Positions 50,481 to 63,535 of a DNA stretch of 64,000 nt are shown piece after piece. Position 1 is the first letter of the stretch. The number at the start of each line of letters is the position of its first letter. The stretch is taken from assembly GCA_965235115.1 (NCBI GenBank), contig OZ249436.1, forward strand, positions 10,728,001-10,792,000, in the 5' to 3' direction. The position numbers and the translations under genes are program-made. This DNA comes from Laetmonice hystrix. Lineage: Eukaryota. The notes beneath the pieces were generated by a model. The model was not told the DNA's origin, searched no databases, and was given only the letters and a program-made list of their open reading frames with translations.

Positions 50481-52493
50481 AGTAGCTGTGTGTGTACTGG
50501 CGGGACGCTCGGCCATGGTAGCCGTGTGTGTAGTGGCGGGACGCTCGGCCATGGTAGCCGTGTGTGTACTGGCGGGACGCTCGGCCATGGTAGCCGTGTG
50601 TGTAGTGGCGGGACGCTCGGCCATGGTAGCCGTGTGTGTGTAGTGGCGGGACGCTCGGCCATGGTAGCCGTGTGTGTGTAGTGGCGGGACGTTCGGCCAT
50701 AGTAGCCGTGTGTGTGTAGTGGCGGGACGCTCGGCCATGGTAGCCGTGTGTGTGTTGTGGTAGGACGCTCGGCCATGGTAGCCGTGTGTGTAGTGGCGGG
50801 ACGCTCGGCCATGGTAGCCGTGTGTGTGTTGTAGTAGGACGCTCGGCCATGGTAGCCGTGTGTGTAGTGGCGGGACGCTCGGCCATGGTAGCCGTGTGTG
50901 TAGTGGCGGGACGCTCGGCCATGGTAGCCGTGTGTGTGTAGTGGCGGGACGCTCGGCCATGGTAGCCGTGTGTGTGTAGTGGCGGGACGCTCGGCCATGG
51001 TAGCCGTGTGTGTGTAGTGGCGGGACGCTCGGCCATGGTAGCCGTGTGTGTGTAGTGGCGGGACGCTCGGCCATGGTAGCCGTGTGTGTGTGTGGGTGTG
51101 TGTGTGTAGTGGCGGGACGCTCGGTGTGTGTGTAGTGGCGGGACGCTCGGCCATGGTAGCCGTGTGTGTGTAGTGGCGGGACGCTCGGCCATGGTAGCCG
51201 TGTGTGTGTAGTGGCGGGACGTTCGGCAATGGTAGCCGTGTGTGTGTAGTGGCGGGACGCTCGGCCATGGTAGCCGTGTGTGTGTTGTGGCGGGACGCTC
51301 GGCCATGGTAGCCGTGTGTGTAGTGGCGGGACGCTCGGCCATGGTAGCCGTGTGTGTACTGGCGGGACGCTCGGCCATGGTAGCCGTGTGTGTGTGTGTA
51401 GTGGCGGGACGCTCGGCCATGGTAGCCGTGTGTGTGTAGTGGCGGGACGCTCGGCCATGGTAGCCGTGTGTGTAGTGGCGGGACGCTCGGCCATGGTAGC
51501 CGTGTGTGTACTGGCGGGACGCTCGGCCATGGTAGCCGTGTGTGTGTTGTGGCGGGACGCTCGGCCATGGTAGCCGTGTGTGTAGTGGCGGGACGCTCGG
51601 CCATGGTAGCCGTGTGTGTGTAGTGGCGGGACGCTCGGCCATGGTAGCCGTGGGTGTGTAGTGGCGGGACGCTCGGCCATGGTAGCCGTGTGTGTGTGTA
51701 GTGGCGGGACGCTCGGCCATGGTAGCCGTGTGTGTGTAGTGGCGGGACGCTCGGCCATGGTAGCCGTGTGTGTGTAGTGGCGGGACGCTCGGCCATGGTA
51801 GCCGTGTGTGTGTAGTGGCGGGACGCTCGGCCATGGTAGCCGTGTGTGTGTGTGTGTAGTGGCGGGACGCTCGGCCATGGTAGCCGTGTGTGTAGTGGCG
51901 GGACGCTCGGCCATGGTAGCCGTGTGTGTGTAGTGGCGGGACGCTCGGCCATGGTAGCCGTGTGTGTACTGGCGGGACGCTCGGCCATGGTAGCCGTGTG
52001 TGTGTGTAGTGGCGGGACGCTCGGCCATGGTAGCCGTGTGTGTGTAGTGGCGGGACGCTCGGCCATGGTAGCCGTGTGTGTGTAGTGGCGGGACGCTCGG
52101 CCATGGTAGCCGTGTGTGTGTGTAGTGGCGGGACGCTCGGCCATGGTAGCCGTGTGTGTGTAGTGGCGGGACGCTCGGCCATGGTAGCCGTGTGTGTAGT
52201 GGCGGGACGCTCGGCCATGGTAGCCGTGTGTGTAGTGGCGGGACGCTCGGCCATGGTAGCCGTGTGTAGTGGCGGGACGCTCGGCCATGGTAGCCGTGTG
52301 TGTGTAGTGGCGGGACGCTCGGCCATGGTAGCCGTGTGTGTGTAGTGGCGGGATGCTCGGCCATGGTAGCCGTGTGTGTAGTGGCGGGACGCTCGGCCAT
52401 GGTAGCCGTGTGTGTGTAGTGGCGGGACGCTCGGCCATGGTAGCCGTGTGTGTTTAGTGGCGGGACGCTCGGCCATGGTAGCCGTGGCGGGAC
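50481..52493. repeat. Compound minisatellite: near-constant 28-bp core plus variable (GT)n, roughly 50-55 units
   Basis: AGTGGCGGGACGCTCGGCCATGGTAGCC followed mostly by (GT)4-5, range about 3-8, with one longer run near 51082. Confidence 0.97.
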
Positions 52494-52992
52494 ACTCCAC
52501 ATGCCACTTTCGATGTGACTGCCTTGCAGAGACTACATCTCGTGTAGTTTTATGTATTGCCATTGTGTTACAATAAATTAAAAAAAAGTTTTGGCGTGTG
52601 CCTACCCTGGGATGGGGCTGAGGGTGGGGGTAGCATTCCTGCGGCGGAGAACGGGGGGGGGGGGTCGCATTTCATGCGCTGAGAAGACCCTGAGACGCTA
52701 TACATATTCTGTCATATTAAAAAAAACTCAAGAGAATGAATTCGGTCAGGCATTTGGAAGAAGCAGCTGATGCCAGCTAGCGTATTTCATTATTTATTAA
52801 AGTTCCAGACTGGTAATTGATAAATTGAATCAGCACAACCCATCACGTGTGCATTATTAAGTGAGGCTATGACGTCTGCTTTGAGGCACCAACTATAGAT
52901 TTAATACGGGCGTTGTCCCGCGAGTTCTACTGATGTACTATTCCACAGTCCTGCAGTGTACCGCCCCACAGAACTGCAGGCACGGATCCAGC

Positions 52993-53218
52993 CCAGATTT
53001 TTATTTACTTTCAACCGTGAGCAAGGGTGAGCATGAGCTCATTCTCACCGTTTTCGTGTTGTTTTTTATTGGTTGCTTTTTTCCATGAGGCGTGCTCATG
53101 GTGAGCAAGCTCGCGGAAAAACACCCCAGTGAGCAAAATGGTGAGCATGAGCTTTTGCTCACCCTTGCTCAGCTCAGCTTACCCTTGCTTACGGTGGAAA
53201 AGTAAACAAAAAAACCGG
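52993..53218. mobile_element. MITE with GTGAGCA/TGCTCAC subterminal repeats
   Basis: TTTACTTTCAACCGTGAGCAAGGGTGAGC ... GCTTACCCTTGCTTACGGTGGAAAAGTAAA, an imperfect TIR of about 30 bp; family not assigned. Confidence 0.7.
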
Positions 53219-55196
53219 CCTCTGGGGGCACGGGGGCACATGCTTCCCTTCAGTTAGCCGAGCATAGTTTTTTCTTGATCAGATGGTTACGATTGTTCAC
53301 TAATGACCAAGCCTTTCGTTTTTAAATTTTCCTTTTATGTACACCCTGTAGTGTATATAAATGTAAATCGTCCAGCTTTCGAGATATCTGGAAATAACTT
53401 CCGTGTCGTTCAGCGCCATCCCTCGGGGGAAGTTTGCTGATCCAGTCTGTCTCCTGGCAGTTTTAGCCCATGAACCAATATCATCTTGATTGACCTTCCT
53501 CCACGGGCTGACATTAAGATGTAAGAAGAAAAATAAATGATTGTCGATGTAGTCCGGAGAAAAGATGCCAAGGCCGATGTCTTAAGGAAACACTGCTGTG
53601 GATGGAACCCTAGGGAAAGAACAACTCAGACCCCGCTATCTCCGTTAGTTCAGTCTGGTAATCCTACAGAAAGTTTGAACCACCCCTCTCTTCCCAATCA
53701 ATGTTTTATGTTGACAGTCGTTAGGCTTACCATTACGATTATTATGATATTATCAAAGTCATGGCTTTTGTTATCATATTGATCGTAGTCAGTTTAGGAG
53801 TTAACCCAAGGAATACACGAGTAGCCTATAGCGCTGAAGGCCTCAACCGGAATCTTTTTTATTGATCTCGATTCATCCCAGGCGGGTAGATCCTGCGGGG
53901 ATAGAAGAGATATCGGTTCTAAATACAGTGTCAGTTCCCCGCTCGAGTTCCCCGTTATCATGTCTTTGTAACTTGTTTCTTCCAGGGAAAGATCGCTGGC
54001 AAGTACTTCACGATGCTGACTGGATGGACTGGTGACGCGACCCGATCCGATCTTAATATGTGTAGCATTTAGGACTGGGGACTAGTCTACTAACCGGACT
54101 ACTGGAGGCGTGGGAACCGGGGGGGGGGGGGGATTGCCCCCCAACTTTAATGTTTGGGAGCGGGAGCAATAGTATAGTCCCCCCATTTTTACATACATAT
54201 GAACATTCCAGTTACCTGCTGTCGCTTAAGGCTAGTTGTTTACAAAATGGTTGACCTGGCATTGACTTGAAAAGCCAATAAAATTGATCGAGCAAGGAAC
54301 CAATGAATATCATTGGCTCAAGCCAATGCCAGTTCAAGAACCAGCCATAAGCCGATCGCTTCATAGCGACAACAGGCAACTGGAATGTTGAATTTCATTA
54401 GATTTTTCCATTTCTCTGGGTATACATTTATTGATTTATGTAGCCTAATGCCATAACTAACCTAACATCCCACGTCTGTATTTTGGAGCAATTGAAATAA
54501 GAGATAGTGTTTGCTTTAAGAGTCGGGTGAAAGAAAGGTCAGCCAATAAATCTAAAGTAACTTAACAAGAGTATATGTCCTGTTTACAGTAATACCGTGT
54601 AATAAAATATTATTTAGTGCGCGAATAATCGCAACACTGGCTGTCTTTTATAGCCTCCTGAATATAAGGTTATTAATGCTCTGCTTCATGCATTTCTTTA
54701 TTTTCTGGGCTCAACGAAAATATATTTTACCCTATTTTTAACGAGGCTTACACAAACTATGGAGAAGAGTCTAATCTTATTGTCTTCCAAAGGGGTACAG
54801 GCTCACAGTATAAGCCTACATAGGATCACTGCTCGTTCTCCAAGGAGAGGGTGTTCAATTAAAGCCTTTGATACAAAGTGAGCGAGCGCCTACTGAAGCC
54901 GTTTTACAGCATCGAAAAGATTCGCGGGACTCTAAAAATAGCTCCGGTTAAAACAAAGTCATTGCCATGTCCCTTTAATTTATCGGCCCACACAGTCTAA
55001 GATAGCAACATTTCGTTTGTCTGGTAGATGTTGACTGCATGGCGACGTTATAACGCGTGTCAACGGTACAAGCATATATTAATCATGAAGCCAATTATGG
55101 TGCGCATGCCCACAATGTCAACGAACCACTCAGCAGATTAGGGAGCCGGGGCGGAAGTAACAATTAGTGGTCTCTCCGGGGACACGATCGAGACGA

Positions 55197-55880
55197 CCGT
55201 GTCTCTGGCGACCACTAAACCCTCACCCACGACCGTGGGCGTCAATACTAAACTGAAGGTCATCGTTTTCTGTTCAAATTACCTTGTCTCTGGCGACCAC
55301 TGAACCCTCACCCACGACAGTGGACGTCAATACCAAACTGAAGGTCATCGTTTTCTGTTCAAATTACCGTGTCTCTGGCGACCACTGAACCCTCACCCAC
55401 GACTGTGGGCGTCAATACTAAACTGAACGGTCATCGTTTTCTGTTCAAATTACCGTGTCTCTGGCGACCACTCAACCCTCACCCACGACCGTGGGCGTCA
55501 ATACTAAACTGAAGGTCATCGTTTTCTCTTCAAATTATCGTGTCTCTGGCGACCACTGAACCCTCATCCACGACCGTGGGCGTCAATACTAAACTGAAGG
55601 TCATCGTTTTCTCTTCAAATTACCGTGTCTCTGGCGACCACTGAACCCTCATCCACGACCGTGGGCGTCAATACTAAACTGAAGGTCATCGTTTTCTTTT
55701 CAAATTACCGTGTCTCTGGCGACCACTAAACCCTCACCCACGACCGTGGGCGTCAATACTAAACTGAAGGGTCATCGTTTTCTGTTCAAATTATCGTGTC
55801 TCTGGCGACCACTGAACCCTCATCCACGACCGTGGGCGTCAATACTAAACTGAAGGGTCATCGTTTTCTGTTCAAATTAC
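55197..55880. repeat. 85/86-bp tandem array, 8 copies
   Basis: Unit CCGTGTCTCTGGCGACCACTGAACCCTCACCCACGACCGTGGGCGTCAATACTAAACTGAAGGTCATCGTTTTCTGTTCAAATTA, with the internal hairpin CCCACG-AC-CGTGGG. Confidence 0.96.
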
Positions 55881-56439
55881 AGGTTCATCTAAGGAGGTCC
55901 ATCATTTGGGAATGGTGCGGCCCGTGTTCTCCTCGATACATTACAACTGTTCCCTGTCTGCCTGACAGAAACTGCTAATAACGACCAGGTTGTTATTGTT
56001 ACAGCTCTATGTCCTTGATGCGGCAACACAGCGCCTCTTGCGAGGGTTCATACTGTGGCGGGACAAGACTAAATGACAGACATATTGTAATTTCCCTCTG
56101 ATCAGACCTACTGGGAAAACCGGAGAACACTTTATATAATACTCTATATTCGCCCTTTTATAATCTATCCGGAGAAAATAAGTCCGTCCCTACAGTTTCT
56201 CTCGGTAAGGCAGTAACACGATACGACTGTAGATATAACGGCCGTGCACAACCTCTTGAAAGGTCCTTTTATGGTGCATGATCGACGATAGCCATCAGTT
56301 TTGGTCTTTATTAATCGTTCGGTATTTGTTAGGGCCACTGCCTTCACAAAGGGCAATGTACAAGCCCACCTGCCGGTGATTTGTAACAGGATTCATGCAC
56401 CAAGTATGCAGACTCATATCTTGACTTTCTCTCCACATT

Positions 56440-56661
56440 GCCCGATTTTATCGGCTGACTTATTAGTCGGGCGATAAAATCTAAAAATCGGCCTATTTTG
56501 GGGGGAAATCGGTCAGTGTGAGACATCCGGTGACCCGATTTAATCGGTGTCGGAAAAAAATCGGCGTCGCCAAAAGTCTGACCAATACTTTTATCGAGCG
56601 ACTTTGTTGGCCGATCCTGTAATCGGCCTACTTTTAAAAATCGGTCAATGTGAGGCCGGCT
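56440..56661. mobile_element. Truncated Harbinger-like MITE
   Basis: Clustered CCGATTTT/AAAATCGG motifs ending in GTGAGGCCGGCT; the left TIR is missing. Confidence 0.45.
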
Positions 56662-58867
56662 TGGTAAAGGGCGTATACATACACTCACAGAACCTAGACT
56701 GAATGCAGGCTCACCTTTTGTAAGGGCGCTTATATAAGGGTTGAAAGAGACGGATTGATATAGCTACAGGCTTGTCTCTGAGGCAGCTCCCATATAGCCA
56801 AACTATGGAAAAAGGTTAAAGAGCGAGTTTTTTTGCGAGTCTAGATCCAGCTCTGACGGAATTTTAGGGGCAAGTCCATTTTGTTAGGGTTGGAAAAATG
56901 TTAATTAATATCCTAGATTACAGTTTAAAGATGGATGTATCCCTAGAAGATTCCTGATTCCGATCTCGGCCCCTACGTCATCACCAGGCTGGAAACAATA
57001 CATTATGGTGTTTATGATAATGCGCGCGGTTCAGATTACCGTTACACCCATATCTTCCTAACGAGAAGTACGAAATCATCCGAGAGAATGATAACTAAGC
57101 TTATCTTGATTTCTGTGTATCCTAATTGTTCAGTCCGAGATGTGATGTTCGGGAACAGCGTAAGACCTATCGCCATTCTTAGTTGCTTGGGCAGGGTACT
57201 CAATCAGTGCTTGTAATAAAGGCCCTCTTATCTATCCCTGTCCAGACTAAAAACACGTAGCGCACCATCGTGCACACCCCACTCCACCAATGACATGCAC
57301 ACATTAGAACCGTAGCCAACCCCTGTTCTCGAAGACGAACTGGCTCATTTGTTAAGATAAATGACTCCTCTTTTTGTTAACCCAGTGTCTGGTCCACTAG
57401 CAAAGTCAAAGTAAATTGCGCACAACGAATCAGATTCAAAGTGTAACTGGTTTCAAGTTCATCGTAAATGACTTGACTTTATGAGGCGGGAGAAGGTCCA
57501 GCAGTCTGAACGGAAGTGAACGGAAATCACATGAAGACTCAGCAAACAAGCCGAGACCTTGGCAATCTCTCTTAGCATAGCCTGCGCCATATTCAAGCGG
57601 AATCCAGGCTAAATGGCGGGGATCGACGGTGGTGGAGTCGGCTTGCCAGCCCGGCTAATCTTAGCAGAGGGCAAACACAGGCGGCGACTTGTCGCCAGCG
57701 TCAACTGTCCAAGACTGAGTAACTGACGCCCGGAGCCTGAAATCCGGCCAGATAAGTGTGTTGGTAGGCCGTGATAATTCAGGGACATGACCGCTTTGAC
57801 TGAGTACAATGAACATCTTCTATTCCCGGCGTGCGTCAGAGAAAGGAAGCACGTTGGGGATGGCTGCATCCAGAATAGATCCTCAAAGAATTGTTCTGGC
57901 GTGGTCTTTTGTAGATGGATCAGTGGGAGATCAAACGTAGGCAACCGCGGCCAAACCTGCCGCGGCGATAAGATTGCCGGGAAACGGGCTGAGCTGCCCG
58001 TCCTTTCAGATGTAAAAACAGGACAAACAACAGATAGAACAGTACTTGCTTCTCTGACCCATAGTCGTATAGAGGCCAACGCCTCTACAATCAGAATAAC
58101 CCTTGGGGTGATAGATGTATCGGTATTATATTCCCGATGGGCCATATCACTTCATACTGTTACTCTGAATATCCAGACTGTCCAATACTCGCTGTCTATG
58201 GTGGTCGGTACACATTCCCGCATTCCCACGACCTTAAATCAACTGTGATGTCAATGGGGATGGCATAGTTGCATGATGTCTCTCTTGTCTATTGGATTCA
58301 AGATGACATATAGTGTTCATTAGTAGGAGGCTGCGGTATAGAATCGTTGATGGAATAAGTCTGTTGGGACACTATATCACATATTAAATTACTGCGAAAT
58401 GTTCTCCTAGGCAATCAGATTTTGCATTAAAAAATAATAATTGAACGAGTAGAATATGATTATGCAGAGGTATTAATTAATCAATGAATATAGATGCGAA
58501 TGTAGTAAGTACGATACGTATTGCACGATGTATTAATTGGTGCCCTTTCTAAAAATGGCATGACATCATTCTGAAACTTGTAACTATTTAAAAATCACAT
58601 GGGAAGAGAAGACATGTTTCAGTGCGAAAAGGTGAAGACCATTTCACCTGCAGCAATAATTTTCTCCGGTGACTTCGGTTTCCTACACCAGTTCCTAAAA
58701 CCGACCGCCTCCACATGCCACTTGTTGCTGGTAATACGTAAAACCCAAACCCAAACGCTGTTGTATACTGTCCAATTACCAGGTTTATTACCTGAACGAC
58801 AGTCATGAAATATCTGCTAAATATCTCTCATAGAACTGGTATAATTATGAAAAGGGGAAGGGATTTA

Positions 58868-59383
58868 TGTAACGAAAAATGTCTCAAACGCGCAAAATGT
58901 TGCAACCAGAGATTTTGAGACATTTTTCGTTCCACACGTAGGACAATACTACAACCTCTTTATGAGCTTCCATTTACCACAATATGCCATGACGTATCAA
59001 GACGTAATTAGATCGAATGGCTGTATCTCCGAAAATATGAGACATAAGTACATAACTTGAATGGGATATCATTAGTAACAATGTTCACCGTTTTAAAGAT
59101 ATGTCCCGATTGGTATATAGTCATTCTAAGTGACCGCAAATAGTGCCATATGAAAGACCATTATAGGACTTCCTATTCCAGTTGAAAGTAACTATTAGGA
59201 CATTTTTCGTTGCAACTGCCGGACGAAAAATGTCTCACTTGCAAAATTGGGACCTTTTTCTCCTCCAGTGGACGAAAAATGCCCCAACCAGAGATTTGAA
59301 GATATTTTTAGTGCGAGTAGAACGAAAAATGTCTCAAATTGTCTAGTTGGGACATTGTTCGCGTTTGAGACATTTTTCGCTCC
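58868..59383. mobile_element. TIR element with ACGAAAAATGTCTC subterminal repeats, interrupted by a satellite-like fragment
   Basis: About 60-bp imperfect inverted ends: ACGAAAAATGTCTCAAACGCG...TTTGAGACATTTTTCGTTC and GAACGAAAAATGTCTCAAA...CGCGTTTGAGACATTTTTCG. Confidence 0.6.
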
Positions 59384-59704
59384 CGCGGGGACTTCAAAAT
59401 GTGTCGCCTCTTTCCAAATAACATGACTGACGTACAAACTTCTTGTCAATATAAAGTCCACCGGGGATTCTTTTTACCGTTTGGCATCGTATCACGTTGC
59501 ATCGCGTTCTGTTTTTAGTCTAACATCTCTTGGCTCAGACAAATGAGCAGAAACCCAATTAGTGAGGTACCAAACAGGGGAGTGCTTGTCTTCTGATTTT
59601 ACAAATAGCATTGGACAGAGCGGCTGTTAGCATGGAAATTCGTCTGCATAAAAAATAGTTAACAAGATTTTAGGGAGTCCATTCTGGCCAACCCTGACAC
59701 CTTG

Positions 59705-60583
59705 GGGCCTGTTTCTCGAAAGCGTCGTACGAGTTACGCCATGCGTATCTTATCGTTGGTGTTTCTCAACGGCTGCGCAACTTTGCGCCGTTGCGTAAAT
59801 CAGGTCTAAAGTTACGACGACCAGTGATTCTGAGTGGTTTGTGGAAAGTGACCATTGACCAGTGAAGCAGGAAAACATTGGGTAGGTTAAAAGACATGTA
59901 TACTCAATATAAGTCCAAATTATGGGTAGAAAAGTGCTAGCAGTAAACTTGATTTTACTTTGATTTTCCTCAATGTAGCATCATTTGCTACACTGAAAAA
60001 CGATGAACATTATTGTCATGAATCTGACGTAATCGAACATAAACTATACATAGAACAGGAAAATGAGAGAGATATAAATTTATCGCTTTACTGATAACGA
60101 CATTTGGTACCGTATTAATGAATTTGTATCATTTGAATGCACTATCGTACCCCTAGTTTCACTATGGGCTACTCTTGTTCAAAATAATGAACAAACATCT
60201 TAATATGTCAGAGACAATTCTTATGTTCATTTCTAATGTGTACCTCTGATTTTCCCCAGAAAGATAATATGCACCACCACGTCACTGATTTTTATACACC
60301 TCTATCCCCTGTCCTTAGACCTCCCTCTCATGTGTTGGCCACTTCGAACTGGTGAAGCTATTTCAATGACAATAGATTGCCATGGAAACGCACTTATTTG
60401 ACCTCTTTTTTGACGCCACCTAGTGTGTCATTACAGTACCCTGTTATGCCCAAGTCCTCAGGTTAGGTCTTGCGTAAGTACCTCTCTAGAAACCATCTTA
60501 CGCCATGACTTATGCCATTCGTAATGCCTTGCGTAAATTCTTGCGTAAGTGTTGAACTTACGACACCTTCGAGAAACAGGCCC
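59705..60583. mobile_element. PIF/Harbinger-like non-autonomous element (CWG-type target)
   Basis: TTG|GGGCCTGTTTCTCGAA ... TTCGAGAAACAGGCCC|CTG; subterminal TTACG/CGTAA repeats at both ends. Confidence 0.8.
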
Positions 60584-60595
60584 CTGGTCGTTACA

Positions 60596-61050
60596 ACACA
60601 GGCTGCATGTACATGGGTCCTAACAGGGGCTGTCACATAGGCCGTATGTACATGGGCCCTAACAGGGGCTGTCACACGGGCCACAACACAGGCCGTGTGT
60701 ACATAGGCCCTAACAGGGGCTGTCACATAGGCCGTATGTACATGGGCCCTACCAGGGGCTGTCACACGGGCCACAACACAGGCCGTTTGTACATGGGCCC
60801 TAACAGGGGCTGTCACACAGGCCGTATGTTCATGGGCCCTAACAGGGGCTGTCACACAGGCCGTATGTACATGGGCCCTAACAGGGGCTGTCACACGGGC
60901 CACAACACAGGCCGTGTGTACATGGGCCCTAACAGGGGCTGTCACACAGGCCGTATGTTCATGGGCCCTAACAGGGGCTGTCACACGGGACACAACACAG
61001 GCTGTATGTACATGGGCCCTAACAGGGGCTGTCACACGGGCCACAACACG
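60596..61050. repeat. 39/51-bp minisatellite, about 10 units
   Basis: Unit CACAGGCCGTATGTACATGGGCCCTAACAGGGGCTGTCA, with an optional 12-bp module CACGGGCCACAA. Confidence 0.95.
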
Positions 61051-61954
61051 GGTTGTCATACGTGTGGACCGTAACACTGCCAGCTGTCATAGTTACGCCG
61101 ACAGTACCGCACCGTCCATTATAAATATCTCAAGTAACATCCCAGCAGAAATTGTGAGAACTCGCTTAAACCCCGGGGACAAAGAAGTCCGTAATGTTCT
61201 AGCTGTATATCCTATATGGCGAATGCAGGGGTATGTGTGGGGATGGGGGTTGGGGGGGGGGGGGGTGTGGGTGGGTGGAGGTTTAATCTGTGTAGCAGCT
61301 AATACAACCTGCCGTCAGGTGCGGTATTAGAAATAATCCATCATCTATGGGACTGCAATCATCTTGGACACGACAAGGCAAAATGTGATCGATATCCAAC
61401 TCCGTGTTTTGAAATAACTTTGTTTTGAGTTTGGGAACCCAAGAAAATCACTGTCGTTCCCAAACTTAGGAAGACACAGCTACGGAGAAAGCTTAATACG
61501 TTCAAAAAGAAATGCCTATTCTCATTTATAGACCCACCTTTTCTGAGACAATTCTTTCCCGTGTCTCTGGGCATCTAACATTATCTGCAGGGTCCCTCAA
61601 GGAGTCTGCATAATGAAGTAAAGCCGTTTACACAAAGCAACTGTAGATTATGTTTGAAAGGTCATGCTCAAAGCGTCTTTCGATTAATCTCCCGACAGGT
61701 TAGGGCTAATCGTTCCTGAAAGCACTCACTGAGGCGGTATAATTTCACGACTTTAAGTCATTACGACCCACCCCCCTTCCCTCACATGTGGGAAAGCTTG
61801 TAGTTTGGACCCGAATCTGTATCTGTATCTGTACCAGGATAAGATCATGAACTCTTCTCGCACGTAAATTTGATATAATTATAAATTTATATAGTTAAAT
61901 AGAGACCTTCTAACAGCGGGAGACAGGCGGAAGGGAACGGTTTCAGGAACACAT

Positions 61955-62046
61955 CAGTTGTATGGAATGTCCACCCATGGCAATGATTATAGAATACATA
62001 CAGTTGTATGGAATGTCCGCCCATGGCAATGATTATAGAATACACA
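61955..62046. repeat. 46-bp tandem duplication
   Basis: CAGTTGTATGGAATGTCCRCCCATGGCAATGATTATAGAATACA at 61955 and 62001. Confidence 0.9.
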
Positions 62047-63467
62047 CATGTACAGCAATGCTGTATCTACGTTTAGCTGCATACTCATGTCCATGCCGAC
62101 GAAAGCCGAGATCCTAGGGTCCCGTATACATGCGATACCTTGCACCAATTCATCGTCGACGACCTTCTAGGTTCTCATTTTTATACATGGCAAGTTCTCG
62201 CTAGGCAAACCTAGTCTTGCATTCGAGCTTTCTCAACTGCCCTTATAGACAGAGATGTAATTTTAGCCCCACGAATCGAACGATCTTTCAGCATTTGAAT
62301 GCCCTTCTCTGAATCGCGGGGTCTCGGGGTAGAAATAATATTTGAAGATGGTTTTCGTGAGAACGCATCAGCTAGACCAACACAAACGATATTTAGTCCT
62401 CACGCTGGCCAATTTATTCTGCCCGGACCAGTTCAATACGTGTGCCTTCCCGCATGAGACTGACTTATAATCGAGAAACATAGCACCGACGAACAGTATC
62501 CATATTCTAGATACGACTGCATGCAACTCGGCTTCGATTCTTTTGGCAAAACATTGTGAGAGCAAGAAGACTCTGTGCTCATCTATATAGTAGGTCTACA
62601 GACCGGAATGGCGCGACATATTATCAGCGTGCATTATTTTCATATCACATGGGATCTCCATATTTACCTCTACATCTAAGCCAGCATACATAACACAATA
62701 TTGCAGCAGTACATAATGTCGGTGGTAGCCGATTTCCACCAGATTCTCATTTATTGCCAATAATTTGGCTGATATATTACTAACCAACCAGCATGGTTGC
62801 GTCATAATGAAATTTATCTTGAGACCAATTCTGAATCCAATGGCAATATACTTTCAAAACATCGACATGGAAAGGGATGGATATTTCTGCAGAGACTTAA
62901 AATCGGTGTTCTATCCAGATAACTAGAATTTATGATCCATAAAAAGTGCAAACTCATTTTACGAGGTATGGGGCTAAAACTGTTAACATGATAGGGATAA
63001 GTTCTTAAGGATTACACATATTCATAAGATGCAAATTGTCCACAACCAAGATAAAATGATTATCAATGGTTGGTGCAATACCTTTTTAAATACCTGATAG
63101 AATGTTTTATAATTGGTACTTTATAAATGTACCTCAGTGCCATTGTGATTCTGATGGTGATGAGTATAAAACTATATTTCGTTATCCACTTCTCATGCTT
63201 ATCTAATAGCAACAGCGTCGGATACCGGCTCTTCAACCTATAATTATATACTGGATGTCATTCTTAGCTCTATGCTTACTTAGTTAAAAGGAAAATTTCG
63301 AGAAGTTCAGATTTCATTGGCGGGAGGGGGGTATTTTGGAAAGTGTAAATCGTCTGTAATTGCGAATCCTGGGCGTGAACCAATGCTGACTGGGTTGTTG
63401 TCACAGCAAATGCAATAAAGGAAGGTATCATTCACGAAGGCTGGTCATGTCTTTAATGTGGTTAACA

Positions 63468-63535
63468 GCTCTCATTGTATAGACAAAAAGCTCTCATTGT
63501 ATGGACAAAAAGCTCTCATTGTATGGACAAAAAGC
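63468..63535. repeat. 22-bp tandem repeat, 3 copies
   Basis: AGCTCTCATTGTATRGACAAAA x3. Confidence 0.9.

Noticed and set aside
50186..52563. Three 700-750-aa ORFs and a CRISPR-like repeat/spacer look
   Set aside because: The ORFs arise from a stop-free tandem unit. The spacers are only (GT)n, there are no cas genes and the context is eukaryotic.
57609..58248. Overlapping 178-aa (minus) and 153-aa (plus) ORFs in GC-richer DNA
   Set aside because: No recognisable motifs. Could be UTR or decayed TE; not supportable without a homology search.
60463..61330. 204-, 155- and 138-aa repetitive ORFs
   Set aside because: Translations of the 39/51-bp minisatellite on both strands.
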